Part shown: positions 8,135 to 17,145 of the stretch, piece by piece
Layout of the letters: each line of letters starts with the position of its first letter
Position numbering within the stretch: position 1 is the stretch's first letter
NCBI GenBank assembly: GCA_035285545.1
Contig: JAYKGY010000008.1
Location: forward strand, 1 to 17,271
Source: Snowella sp.
Lineage (GTDB): Bacteria; Cyanobacteriota; Cyanobacteriia; Cyanobacteriales; Microcystaceae
Length of the DNA stretch: 17,271 nucleotides
Direction of reading: 5' to 3'
Made by a program: the position numbers and the translations under genes
The notes under the pieces: generated by a model
What the model was told of the DNA's origin: nothing
What the model saw: only the letters and a program-made list of their open reading frames with translations
The model's database searches: none

Positions 8135-8713
8135 TTAGCAATTTTCCCAAATAACAGTTAAATCTAAGATAAAGCCCGACAGAATATTTTCTCCCGATAG
8201 CTTAGAAGGATTATTAAACACTTCGGGGAATCGCTGGGGACGATAACAAAAAACTTGGCGAGTTTCAGGATCAATTAACCAACCTAGCTGAGTTCCATTG
8301 TCGATAAATTCTCTTAACTTGGCTTGTAAAACGGATAAATCATCACTCGGCGATTTGAGTTCAATGACAAAATCAGGACAAATGGGGGCAAATTTACGGC
8401 GTTGGGATTGTGGGATTGCTTGCCACCGAGACTTTTCAATCCAAGCTGCATCAGGAGAACGGATAGCACCGTTGGGTAGGGTAAAACCTGCGGAGGAGTC
8501 AAAGGCTTCACCCAATTGAGTGCTTTGATTCCAGAGCCACAATTGGGCACTGAGTCCTAAATTTTGACGACCTGTTTCACTCCCCGATGGAGCCATCGCA
8601 ATTAATTCTCCTTGTGCGGTGCGTTCTAAGCGTAAATCGGGATTATTTTGACAAATTTGTTCAAAAACTTGATCAGTGATTTCTAAATTAGGGCGGAGAT
8701 CCAGAGTAAGCAT
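8135..8713 (-). CDS. Uma2-family (DUF820) putative endonuclease
   Basis: FDSSAGFTLPNGAIRSPDAAWI, PICPDFVIELKSPSD and LGWLIDP motifs. Confidence 0.93.
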   Translation of the reverse strand: MLTLDLRPNLEITDQVFEQICQNNPDLRLERTAQGELIAMAPSGSETGRQNLGLSAQLWLWNQSTQLGEAFDSSAGFTLPNGAIRSPDAAWIEKSRWQAIPQSQRRKFAPICPDFVIELKSPSDDLSVLQAKLREFIDNGTQLGWLIDPETRQVFCYRPQRFPEVFNNPSKLSGENILSGFILDLTVIWENC

Positions 8714-8781
8714 GGAACATTATGGGATGAAAAGACGTGATCGCCGAGGGTATAATTCCAATTTTACTAATAATTAATAAT

Positions 8782-9387
8782 TCAACCGTAAAACGGTAAA
8801 GCTTCAGTCCAGACGGGGCGTTTTCCTGCTTGCCATTCTCGATGAGCTAAATCTAATAAATCCGACGCGGTATTTCCTAATTGATCGGAAACAATTATGG
8901 GAGAATGATTCGGGGCAAAGTAAGTTAATTTTTCCTGCCATTGCTCAGGCTCTAACAATGTATCGGGCATCAAGGTTAATAATTGCTCTTGTTCGGTGAT
9001 CTGATAAATTGCGCCGTAAACTTGATCTTGGGTTGCTTTGAGTTGGAGTGGAATCGGTTGATTGATAATTTCTGGCGATCGCAGTGACCAGACAAAAACC
9101 GCTAAACTCGATAGGGAAAACACAGGAATATTGAGTTGTTGCCCCAAAGTACGGGCTGTGACCATACCAATGCGGGTACTGGTAAAACTACCAGGCCCAT
9201 TAGCAACCGCAATAAACGCGATCGCGTCCCAAGATTGGGGTTGAATAAAATCGGCTAAATATTGATGTAATAGATTAGATAAATCCCGTCCTAAATCCCA
9301 GGTTTGAGCGTGATGATCGCCTGAAAAATTACTGATAGCTAACCCTAATTGGGAACTCGTGGTATGTAACGCCAGACCGTATTGCAT
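8782..9387 (-). CDS. tsaB: tRNA threonylcarbamoyladenosine biosynthesis protein TsaB
   Basis: LALHTTS N-terminal motif, IAVANGPGSFTSTRIG and a C-terminal LPFY. Confidence 0.92.
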   Translation of the reverse strand: MQYGLALHTTSSQLGLAISNFSGDHHAQTWDLGRDLSNLLHQYLADFIQPQSWDAIAFIAVANGPGSFTSTRIGMVTARTLGQQLNIPVFSLSSLAVFVWSLRSPEIINQPIPLQLKATQDQVYGAIYQITEQEQLLTLMPDTLLEPEQWQEKLTYFAPNHSPIIVSDQLGNTASDLLDLAHREWQAGKRPVWTEALPFYG

Positions 9388-9426
9388 AGAATTTAAAAAT
9401 CAGTAATTGGCAAATTGTAATTCAAT

Positions 9427-9642
9427 CTAAGTTGTTTGAACAGTTTGACTTTCCCAGATCGCCCCCAACTGTAATCCGATTTCGTAGGGTAAGACATTAA
9501 CACTAGCACCCGTATCCAATAAAGCCATAACCTCTATTGACTGTTTTCCATTAGTTAAGGTTAACGGCAAGTATGGAAAGATGTTAGACCGACCAGAACT
9601 GTCAGTCCGTTCTGTAAAAGAAAAGCGATGACCGTCAAGCAT
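9427..9642 (-). pseudogene. Truncated retropepsin-like aspartic protease
   Basis: The ALLDTGASVNVLP catalytic motif is present, but the ORF stops at 71 aa without the C-terminal (I/L)LGxxF half; no continuation is visible before tsaB. Confidence 0.7.
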
Positions 9643-9904
9643 TTGATGCTTCCTTCACCGACACCAAAAGCTCAGACAAAGCGTGAACGGCTTGATGATC
9701 TGCTTGAGGCGACCAGACAACCGCGTTAGTAACCGCTAGTTGCTTTATCAGTATATTTTCATGATGCTCATTACTTGCAGTGTCTAGGCTACATCCTTCC
9801 TCTTTGGTTACTGCAAGCAAAAGATAGTGAATAAGCCTAAGCTTGTCTTGATGCGTTAGTTGACTAACCGTTGGCAGAAGTTCGATAAGGGACATATTAA
9901 GCAT
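9635..9904 (-). CDS. Small hypothetical protein upstream of the protease gene (alternative start 9895)
   Basis: 89-aa ORF (MSLIELLPTVSQLTHQDKLRLIHYLL...) whose stop overlaps the protease ATG by 8 nt. Confidence 0.7.
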   Translation of the reverse strand: MLNMSLIELLPTVSQLTHQDKLRLIHYLLLAVTKEEGCSLDTASNEHHENILIKQLAVTNAVVWSPQADHQAVHALSELLVSVKEASNA

Positions 9905-10024
9905 CTGGTGTTGCTATCTAATTTGGATCATACCATCTTCCTCAATCTACCTCTCCCACCAAGGAATACAGCTTCAATAAATGTGGATGGTGCGTTCCCA
10001 AAAATCTATTAATGGAGCAATAGG

Positions 10025-10212
10025 GGGAGCATCCCAGTTTTGAACTAAGTAGCAATACTCAGGAAGCTATCATCATTAAGATAAGCACATCGTAAGTGTA
10101 AAATCTGTGGAATGTTCTCTTTCTTCCACTGAGCACCTACCAGTTTGACTCTGGCTCCTATTTTTTTAATCATTGATTCGACTGACCCTGAACCAATAGC
10201 AATGCCTAATTA
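10025..10212 (-). mobile_element. ISKra4-family IS remnant (transposase C-terminus plus terminal sequence)
   Basis: The minus strand at 10209..10045 reads LGIAIGSGSVESMIKKIGARVKLVGAQWKKENIPQILHLRCAYLN..*, matching the IGSGxVES...GAQW...RCAYLN signature. It is preceded by an in-frame stop and ends in ...AAAACTGGGATGCTCCC. Confidence 0.82.
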
Positions 10213-10376
10213 CGGTTTATTCCTTACTAAACTATTCATTTTCAAACTCAATTGTCAATTTCGCCAAACCTCAATCAAAATCATTACAGGTAGAACAAGA
10301 TATGATTTTGGTGACGATAAACTTTGAGATTTATACTTAATGCTTTAAGAATCAAACTTCATTTTATTCATCATTA

Positions 10377-11543
10377 ATGCTTAACAATATTCAATTAATT
10401 AATGTTCGTTTACCGAATACGCCTGACCTTCAGCAACTATACATTAATGCTCAAGGACAAATTGAGTTCATTATTCCGCAACAAGTCGATGTTTCTGGTC
10501 AATCTACTGAGCAGGTTCTCGATTTAGCCGGAGATTGGTTGTCATTAGGGGGTGTGGATTTACAAATTAATGGGGCTTTGGGGTTAGCTTTTCCTGATTT
10601 AGAAGCATCTGATTTCCCTTTATTGCAAAAAATTAGCCAGTTTCTCTGGGAGCAAGGGGTTGATGCCTATTTGCCCACGATTGTTACGACTTCCATTAAA
10701 AAAATTCAGCGATCGCTGGCGATTATTGATTCATTTATTAAATGGCAACAAAAGCATCCAGAATCAGGGGCAAAAATTTTAGGCGTTCACCTCGAAGGGC
10801 CTTTTTTGAATCCAGAAAAACGGGGTGCCCATCCCATTGAAGAACTTTTGCAACCTACCTTAAAAACCGTTAATCAAGTCTTGGGTTCCTACGGCGATCG
10901 CGTTAAAATCATTACCCTCGCGCCCGAATTAGATCCCAGCAACACCCTCATCCCCTATCTCACCTCCTTGGGCATTACCGTCAGTTTAGGCCATTCCCAA
11001 GCCACCGAAGCCCAAGCCCAAAAAGCCTTTGAATTAGGTGCCTCAATGGTGACTCACGCTTTTAATGCCATGCCACCGCTCCATCACCGTCACCCAGGTT
11101 TGTTAGGAGCCGCGATTTGTAATCCCGATGTTTACTGCGGTTTTATTGCTGATGGTCAACACGTTTCGCCGACGATGTTAGATATTTTACTCAGAGCGAG
11201 TTATTACGAAAAAGGAGCTTTTTTAGTGAGTGATGCCCTTGCCCCCTTGGGTTTATCCGATGGTATTTATCCCTGGGATGATCGACAAATGGAAGTTAAG
11301 CAAGGAACCGCCCGTTTAGCCGATGGAACCTTATCGGGAACCACTTTGCCCCAATTAGAGGGTGTAGTCAATTTATTAAGCTGGGGTATTTGTTCAACGG
11401 AATCTGCGATCGCATTAGCCACCGAAGCCCCCCGTCGTGCCATTAAATTATCAGGTCTATCAGTTGGACAAACCGCAACCTTATTACGTTGGCAAGTCGA
11501 TCCTGTAACGCAACAACTCAAACCGCAACGTTTAAGCCCATAG
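10377..11543 (+). CDS. nagA: N-acetylglucosamine-6-phosphate deacetylase
   Basis: GVHLEGPFLNPEKRGAHP, TLAPE, SLGHS, THAFNAM and IADGQHV motifs. Confidence 0.95.
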   Translation: MLNNIQLINVRLPNTPDLQQLYINAQGQIEFIIPQQVDVSGQSTEQVLDLAGDWLSLGGVDLQINGALGLAFPDLEASDFPLLQKISQFLWEQGVDAYLPTIVTTSIKKIQRSLAIIDSFIKWQQKHPESGAKILGVHLEGPFLNPEKRGAHPIEELLQPTLKTVNQVLGSYGDRVKIITLAPELDPSNTLIPYLTSLGITVSLGHSQATEAQAQKAFELGASMVTHAFNAMPPLHHRHPGLLGAAICNPDVYCGFIADGQHVSPTMLDILLRASYYEKGAFLVSDALAPLGLSDGIYPWDDRQMEVKQGTARLADGTLSGTTLPQLEGVVNLLSWGICSTESAIALATEAPRRAIKLSGLSVGQTATLLRWQVDPVTQQLKPQRLSP

Positions 11544-11621
11544 GAAAAACCGACCTTTGCCACTCGGAGCAGCTACGTTAAGATAACTTAATATTATTCT
11601 TTCGGGCTGACTACCGCATTC

Positions 11622-12605
11622 ATGACTATCCCGCTTAAAAATCCTCTTGCGCTTGGTTCTTCAATATTGTTGATTGCTCCGTTTTTTCTCTGGGGAACCG
11701 CGATGGTCGCGATGAAAGGGGTTTTACCCGATACAACGCCTCTTTTTGTCGGGGGAATTCGTCTGGTGCCAGCGGGAATATTAATCTTACTCTTTGCTGC
11801 GATTCGGGGTCTTCCTCAACCCACCAGTTTAAAAGCCTGGTTATGGATCGGGGGGTTTGCCCTAGTGGATGCCACTTTGTTTCAAGGATTTTTAGCAGAA
11901 GGGTTAAACCGTACAGGGGCGGGCTTAGGTTCCGTCATTATTGATTCCCAACCCTTGGCCGTTGCCCTCATGTCCAGTTGGCTATTTGGAGAAACCATTG
12001 GCTTGTGGGGCGGTTTAGGTTTAGCCTTGGGCATTTTGGGCATTAGTTTAATTGGCTTGCCCGATGAATGGTTTTTCTCGCTCTGGGAAACGCAAAGCTT
12101 ATCGATTGAATGGAGTTGGCAAAATTTGTTTAATAGTGGGGAATGGCTGATGTTGTTAGCATCCCTGTCGATGGCGGTCGGTACAATTTTGATTCGGTTT
12201 GTTAGTCGTCATGCTGATCCGGTGGTTGCTACGGGATGGCACATGATTTTAGGGGGATTACCGTTGTTTATCCTATCTAATGCCTGGGAATCCCAACAAT
12301 GGCAAGCAATTACCGTGAATGATGGATTAAATTTGGCCTATGCCACGATTTTTGGGAGCGCGATCGCCTACGGGATCTTTTTCTTTTTAGCCTCTCAAGG
12401 TAATTTAACCAGCTTAAGTGCCTTAACCTTTCTGACCCCAGTTTTTGCCCTGACTTTTGGCAATCTGCTGTTAGGAGAAGAATTAAGCCATTTACAATGG
12501 ATTGGCGTTAGCTTGACTTTAATGAGTATTTATTTGATCAATCAACGAGAACGCATCAAAGAGCAAGTCAAATCTCTAGCCGCGATCGCGCTGTTAGTAA
12601 AATAA
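11622..12605 (+). CDS. EamA/DMT-family transporter
   Basis: About 10 TM helices, a two-repeat architecture and the motifs FLWGTAMVAMK and FLTPVFAL. Confidence 0.9.
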   Translation: MTIPLKNPLALGSSILLIAPFFLWGTAMVAMKGVLPDTTPLFVGGIRLVPAGILILLFAAIRGLPQPTSLKAWLWIGGFALVDATLFQGFLAEGLNRTGAGLGSVIIDSQPLAVALMSSWLFGETIGLWGGLGLALGILGISLIGLPDEWFFSLWETQSLSIEWSWQNLFNSGEWLMLLASLSMAVGTILIRFVSRHADPVVATGWHMILGGLPLFILSNAWESQQWQAITVNDGLNLAYATIFGSAIAYGIFFFLASQGNLTSLSALTFLTPVFALTFGNLLLGEELSHLQWIGVSLTLMSIYLINQRERIKEQVKSLAAIALLVK

Positions 12606-12699
12606 TTTAGTGCATTTAGAAACCCTGCTCTGAATCAACTCTACAATTTAAATAGGGTTCAAAAATTCCCCTGAATTCTTGCGTTTTTCCTTCCTAATC

Positions 12700-14322
12700 A
12701 TGACCAAACCCATTTGCATTTACGACACAACCCTTCGAGACGGAGCACAAAGGGAAGGGATTTCTTTATCATTGGAAGATAAATTAAAAATTGCTCGTAA
12801 ATTGGATCAAATGGGGATTCCCTTTATTGAAGGGGGATGGCCAGGCGCGAATCCAAAAGATGTCCAATTTTTTTGGCAACTGAAAGAACAACCCTTAACC
12901 CAAGCCGAAGTGGTAGCCTTTTGTTCAACCCGTCGCCCGAATCGTAAAGCCGAAGAAGACCGGATGCTTCAGGCAATTTTGTCCGCAGGAACCCATTGGG
13001 TCACGATTTTTGGCAAGTCCTGGGATTTACACGTTACCGAAGGATTAAAGACAACCCTGGAAGAAAATTTAGCCATGATTCGAGATACCATTACCTATCT
13101 CCGCAGTCAGGGCAGACGGGTCATTTATGATGCAGAACACTGGTTTGATGGCTATAAACATAATTCCGAATACGCCCTTTTAACCCTCAAAACGGCTCAG
13201 GAAGCGGGAGCAGAATGGTTGGTATTTTGTGACACCAATGGGGGAACCTTACCCCAAGAAATTAGCCAAATTGTGCGGGAGGTGGTGCAAAGGATTAAAA
13301 CCTGGGAAGATGCTGACCAAATTCAACTCGGTATCCATGCCCATAATGATGGGGGAACGGCGGTTGCTAATTCCTTAAATGCGGTCATCGAAGGAGTAAC
13401 CATGATCCAGGGAACCATTAACGGTTATGGAGAACGCTGCGGGAATGCGAATCTTTGCACTATTATTCCTAATCTTCAACTAAAAATGGGTTATGAGTGC
13501 ATCCACTCTGAACAATTAACCCATCTGACGGAAACCAGTCGTTTGATTAGTGAAATTGTCAACCTCGCCCCAGATGCCCACGCCCCGTTTATTGGTCGCT
13601 CTGCCTTTGCCCATAAGGGGGGAATTCACGTTTCAGCCGTGCAACGCAATCCGTTGACCTATGAACATATTCAACCGGAAGCGGTGGGCAATGAACGCCG
13701 TATTGTGGTGTCTGAACAGGCAGGTTTAAGTAATATTTTGTCGAAAGCGAAGCTTTATGGGCTAAATCTGGATAAGGAGCATCCTGCTTGCCGTCAAATT
13801 CTCGATCGCCTAAAAGTCTTAGAGCAAGAAGGCTATCAATTTGAAGCCGCAGAAGCCAGTTTTGAACTATTGATGCGCGAGGCGATGGGCGAACGGGAAC
13901 CGCTTTTTCTCCTCAAAGGCTTTCAGGTACATTGTAATTTGTTGCAAGGGGATAGTACTCCCTACAGTAACGCGATCGCGACGGTGAAGGTGACGGTTAA
14001 TGGGGAAGATATGTTAGAAGTCGCTGAAGGAAATGGCCCCGTATCGGCATTAGACAAGGCGTTACGGAAAGCATTAATGCGGTTTTATCCCCAAATTGCC
14101 GACTTTCATCTGACGGATTATAAAGTGCGGATTTTGGATAGTGGATCGGGGACTTCGGCCAAAACGCGGACGTTGGTGGAATCCAGTAATGGGAAAAAAC
14201 GCTGGACAACCATTGGGGTTTCGGGCAATATTTTGGATGCCTCCTATCAAGCAGTGGTAGAAGGCATTGAGTACGGTTTGCGGTTTGTGACCTGCGCGAT
14301 CGCCCCCATTACTCTGCGATAA
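12700..14322 (+). CDS. cimA: Citramalate synthase
   Basis: DTTLRDGAQREG, IEGGWPGANPKD, FGKSWDLHV, YDAEHWFDG, HAHND and AFAHKGGIH motifs; probable start ATG 12700. Confidence 0.92.
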   Translation: MTKPICIYDTTLRDGAQREGISLSLEDKLKIARKLDQMGIPFIEGGWPGANPKDVQFFWQLKEQPLTQAEVVAFCSTRRPNRKAEEDRMLQAILSAGTHWVTIFGKSWDLHVTEGLKTTLEENLAMIRDTITYLRSQGRRVIYDAEHWFDGYKHNSEYALLTLKTAQEAGAEWLVFCDTNGGTLPQEISQIVREVVQRIKTWEDADQIQLGIHAHNDGGTAVANSLNAVIEGVTMIQGTINGYGERCGNANLCTIIPNLQLKMGYECIHSEQLTHLTETSRLISEIVNLAPDAHAPFIGRSAFAHKGGIHVSAVQRNPLTYEHIQPEAVGNERRIVVSEQAGLSNILSKAKLYGLNLDKEHPACRQILDRLKVLEQEGYQFEAAEASFELLMREAMGEREPLFLLKGFQVHCNLLQGDSTPYSNAIATVKVTVNGEDMLEVAEGNGPVSALDKALRKALMRFYPQIADFHLTDYKVRILDSGSGTSAKTRTLVESSNGKKRWTTIGVSGNILDASYQAVVEGIEYGLRFVTCAIAPITLR

Positions 14323-14387
14323 AAAATGCTGTCAAGCTTCACGATTGTTGATTCAAAAGAAGAAGGTCTAATTTCATCCTTCAATTT

Positions 14388-15539
14388 TTAAGAGGCTTTT
14401 AACGCCAAAGTGTTGCCAACAAGATGAGATTTAATGATTTTAACCAATTCTTGAGGTAAAAATGGCTTTTTAATATAATCTGAAGCACCTGATAATTTTG
14501 CCTTAATGCGATACACCAAGCTATCTTCATCCCCAAGCAAGATAATGGGTAAATTTTTCATTGCATCGGTTTTACGGCAGAGGGAACAAAGTTGATAACC
14601 GTTAATATCGGGCATCTCTGCATCAATCAATACCATATCGGGTTGCTGACTGAGCATAACGGCTAAGGCTTTCAAGGGGTCGGCAATGTTTAACGCTTTA
14701 AATCCGCTTTTTTCTAGGGTGAAATTAATCATTCGCTGCATCGGTGGGCGATCGCCAATGTAAAGGACAGAAGGACGAGTATCTTCTTCAATATCCTGAT
14801 AAGAAAGCATTTTAATATCCCCTGATTTAATCAGAGGACGCAGCATGAGTGCCAACTGTAAGGTACTTAAGCCCGTTAAATTACCAATTTTATAAAGACA
14901 ATGGAGATTTTCTAGCCCTTGACTTAATTGCGTGAAACCATTTTTTCCTTCAAAATAGTTTTTGGCTAAGACTTTTTGTAACTTCCCCCAATTCTCTACT
15001 AAAGGACGCTGAAAGGGCGAATTAATTTCAGAACGGAGTTGCCACCAATAACGGATTTTATGCTGAATCGGGGAAGTAATTTGTTCAAAATCGAGATTTA
15101 AAAAAAGTTGATCTAACTTATCTTTCGTGTCCAAATAACATCTGGTTTTCGGTAAAGATAACACTTGGATCAGTGCTTCTTGGGTACATTGAGTTAAAAT
15201 AGAACGAGTTTGCTGGAAAGAAAAAATTTCTTTTTTCCAGAGATTACAAATGTATTGATAATCATCTGTAAGTTGAGGCGGCAGGGTAATATCGCGATTA
15301 TTCAAATGATTACCCAGTAAATAATTTAATCTTTCCGACGAACCAACCCCACTATTGGCGACATGAATTTTACCATTTCCTAAATAGACTTGCCATCTGA
15401 CATATTCATCAAAAGGGTTTTGAATAATTAACTTACCAGAAACTTTATCTTCAACAAATTTTTGAAGAACTTTGTAGGGCATTTCTTGGATAGGGGTATT
15501 AGGCAAATAAGAAGTTTCATTCACAGCAGTGGTATTCAT
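14388..15539 (-). CDS. PatA-family response regulator (PATAN/DUF4388 plus atypical receiver domain)
   Basis: N-terminal SGKLII...WQVYLGNGKIHVA, central INSPFQRP and C-terminal REC (PDMVLIDAEMP, YIKKPF); AGGA precedes ATG 15539. Confidence 0.88.
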   Translation of the reverse strand: MNTTAVNETSYLPNTPIQEMPYKVLQKFVEDKVSGKLIIQNPFDEYVRWQVYLGNGKIHVANSGVGSSERLNYLLGNHLNNRDITLPPQLTDDYQYICNLWKKEIFSFQQTRSILTQCTQEALIQVLSLPKTRCYLDTKDKLDQLFLNLDFEQITSPIQHKIRYWWQLRSEINSPFQRPLVENWGKLQKVLAKNYFEGKNGFTQLSQGLENLHCLYKIGNLTGLSTLQLALMLRPLIKSGDIKMLSYQDIEEDTRPSVLYIGDRPPMQRMINFTLEKSGFKALNIADPLKALAVMLSQQPDMVLIDAEMPDINGYQLCSLCRKTDAMKNLPIILLGDEDSLVYRIKAKLSGASDYIKKPFLPQELVKIIKSHLVGNTLALKAS

Positions 15540-15724
15540 AGTCTTTCCTAGCAATAAATAAATCGGAAAAATGGAAAATCAAGATTTTGAAAGAAAATGG
15601 ATTAATGGTTAATTTAATAATGAGCTTTAAGAAAAATGAAATTCAGTAAAATTAGCACTCCGGTGAAACCCAACCAGGGAAAGCTATTCAAAGATATTCT
15701 TGGAAGTTAAAAAACAAAGTGCTA

Positions 15725-16711
15725 TCAAGAAATCGCAATCGCATTTTGGAAAACTTTCTGTTTTTGGTGGAAAAACTGAGTAATTTCTTCTAGATTTAAA
15801 GGGCGACTGATGAAATAACCTTGTATGCAATCACATTTCATTTTTTTGAGCGTGTTAAATTGTTCATCATTTTCAACCCCTTCCGCAACAATTTTCAAGT
15901 TGAGTTTATGCCCCAACTCAATAATGTTTTGTAACACTATCCAGCTTTTACTGGTTGTGATTAAATCTTCTAAAAATGACTTGTCAATTTTTAAGGTATT
16001 GACGGGAAAGGTTTTTAAAAATGACAGGGAAGAATAGCCAATTCCAAAGTCATCGATCGCGATTTTGATACCAAGCTGATGTAAGTTCTTTAGTGTCGCG
16101 ATCGCCGTATTGAGATCAAATAATTTGTAACTTTCCGTAATTTCCAATTCTAAATAGCGGGGTTCCATTCCTGTTGCCAGTAAAATCTGCCGAATCCGCT
16201 CAACTAAATCGGGTTGTTGTAATTGTCGAGCAGAAAGATTAACCGAAAGTTTAAAAGGAGGAATCCCTTGGCGCATCCAGTTTTGGTATTGAGTGCAGGC
16301 CTGGGTTAAAACCCAATAACCAATATTAATAATCAGTCCCGTTTGTTCCGCAATGGGAATAAATTGAGCGGGAGAAATCCAGCCTAATTTAGGATGTTGC
16401 CAGCGAATTAAGGATTCTACGCCTAAAAAATGACCTGTTGCAACTTCAATTTGAGGTTGATAGTGTAAGGAAAATTGCTGACGGGCTAGAGCTTCATATA
16501 AATCTGACCGAATTTTTAATTCGTCCGCACTCATGATGTTGAATGCGGGATGAAACGCTGCCTGGCTTGATTGACTATCAATGTTCGCCCAATCAAAGAG
16601 TTGTTTTAAACCCTTGTTAAATAAGGGCTTGAAAGGAAAAAGGTGAAAAAAATCGTTAATCAAAAGCGCAAAAAAACGGTCTAAAAAGGGAAAAATTGGC
16701 GATGAAATCAT
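15725..16711 (-). CDS. Stand-alone EAL-domain c-di-GMP phosphodiesterase (start uncertain)
   Basis: YQPQ, ESLIRW, VNLS, ELEITES, DDFGIGYSSL, KIDKSF, AEGVE and QGY motifs are all intact; there is no GGDEF domain. Confidence 0.92.
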   Translation of the reverse strand: MISSPIFPFLDRFFALLINDFFHLFPFKPLFNKGLKQLFDWANIDSQSSQAAFHPAFNIMSADELKIRSDLYEALARQQFSLHYQPQIEVATGHFLGVESLIRWQHPKLGWISPAQFIPIAEQTGLIINIGYWVLTQACTQYQNWMRQGIPPFKLSVNLSARQLQQPDLVERIRQILLATGMEPRYLELEITESYKLFDLNTAIATLKNLHQLGIKIAIDDFGIGYSSLSFLKTFPVNTLKIDKSFLEDLITTSKSWIVLQNIIELGHKLNLKIVAEGVENDEQFNTLKKMKCDCIQGYFISRPLNLEEITQFFHQKQKVFQNAIAIS

Positions 16712-17145
16712 TGTCAAAAGATAAATTTAGGACAAAAAATGTGGGCAAAAGAGCTAATTGCTACCAGAAATAGCAACAAAAATCTGGGCTAACGTGATGG
16801 GGAATAGGGTGAATAATGAACTGTTTTTAGCCGCAAAACACCCACCCCAACGTTCGTGGGAGATAACCTATAAGTGGCTCGGTTCAACACTCAGTCAAGG
16901 ATCAGCTATCCGATGGGGCTGTACTAACACTGAGAGTATCTTGAGTATTAATACTTAGGAAGATTGCTGATAGCTTTGGACGTTAATTAGGCTTTAAGTT
17001 TGCTAACGACCAGTACTCGACAAAAGATTGTCTATCCTCTGCTGGGTACTGACCTGAGAAACTGGTGAACGCGCTCCTGCACAAGAGAATGTTTTTGTCA
17101 ATAATCTTAATAAAATGTAATAAAAACTTAATAAATTAAACATAA

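Larger units (their letters stand above)
814..16105. repeat. Dispersed HIP1 octamers (GCGATCGC), about 21 copies
   Basis: Counted by eye at 814, 1031, 1939, 2837, 3164, 3565, 4201, 4952, 5176, 6353, 9075, 9218, 10709, 10894, 11406, 12360, 12582, 13972, 14296, 14748 and 16098. Confidence 0.9.

Noticed and set aside
9942..10022. Minus-strand open frame YCSINRFLGTHHPHLLKLYSLVGEVD* next to the IS end
   Set aside because: It could be the tail of a deleted gene, but it is too short and unrecognisable to support a call.
10145..10327. 60-aa plus-strand ORF
   Set aside because: TTG start, no recognisable motif, and its first third is antisense to the ISKra4 transposase fragment.
1308..16958. Other short track ORFs overlapping trpS, the 2777 gene, cax, the 4807 gene, rbcL, Uma2, tsaB, nagA, cimA and EAL, plus 16758..16958
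   Set aside because: They are antisense or alternate-frame shadows of well-supported genes, or motif-less ORFs with weak starts.
16950..17010. Resemblance to a c-di-GMP-I riboswitch on the minus strand (GCAAAC...CAAAGCTAT...CTAA)
   Set aside because: It lacks the GNRA-capped stem, the GACGCAAAGC core and the closing pairing, so it cannot be called this riboswitch.
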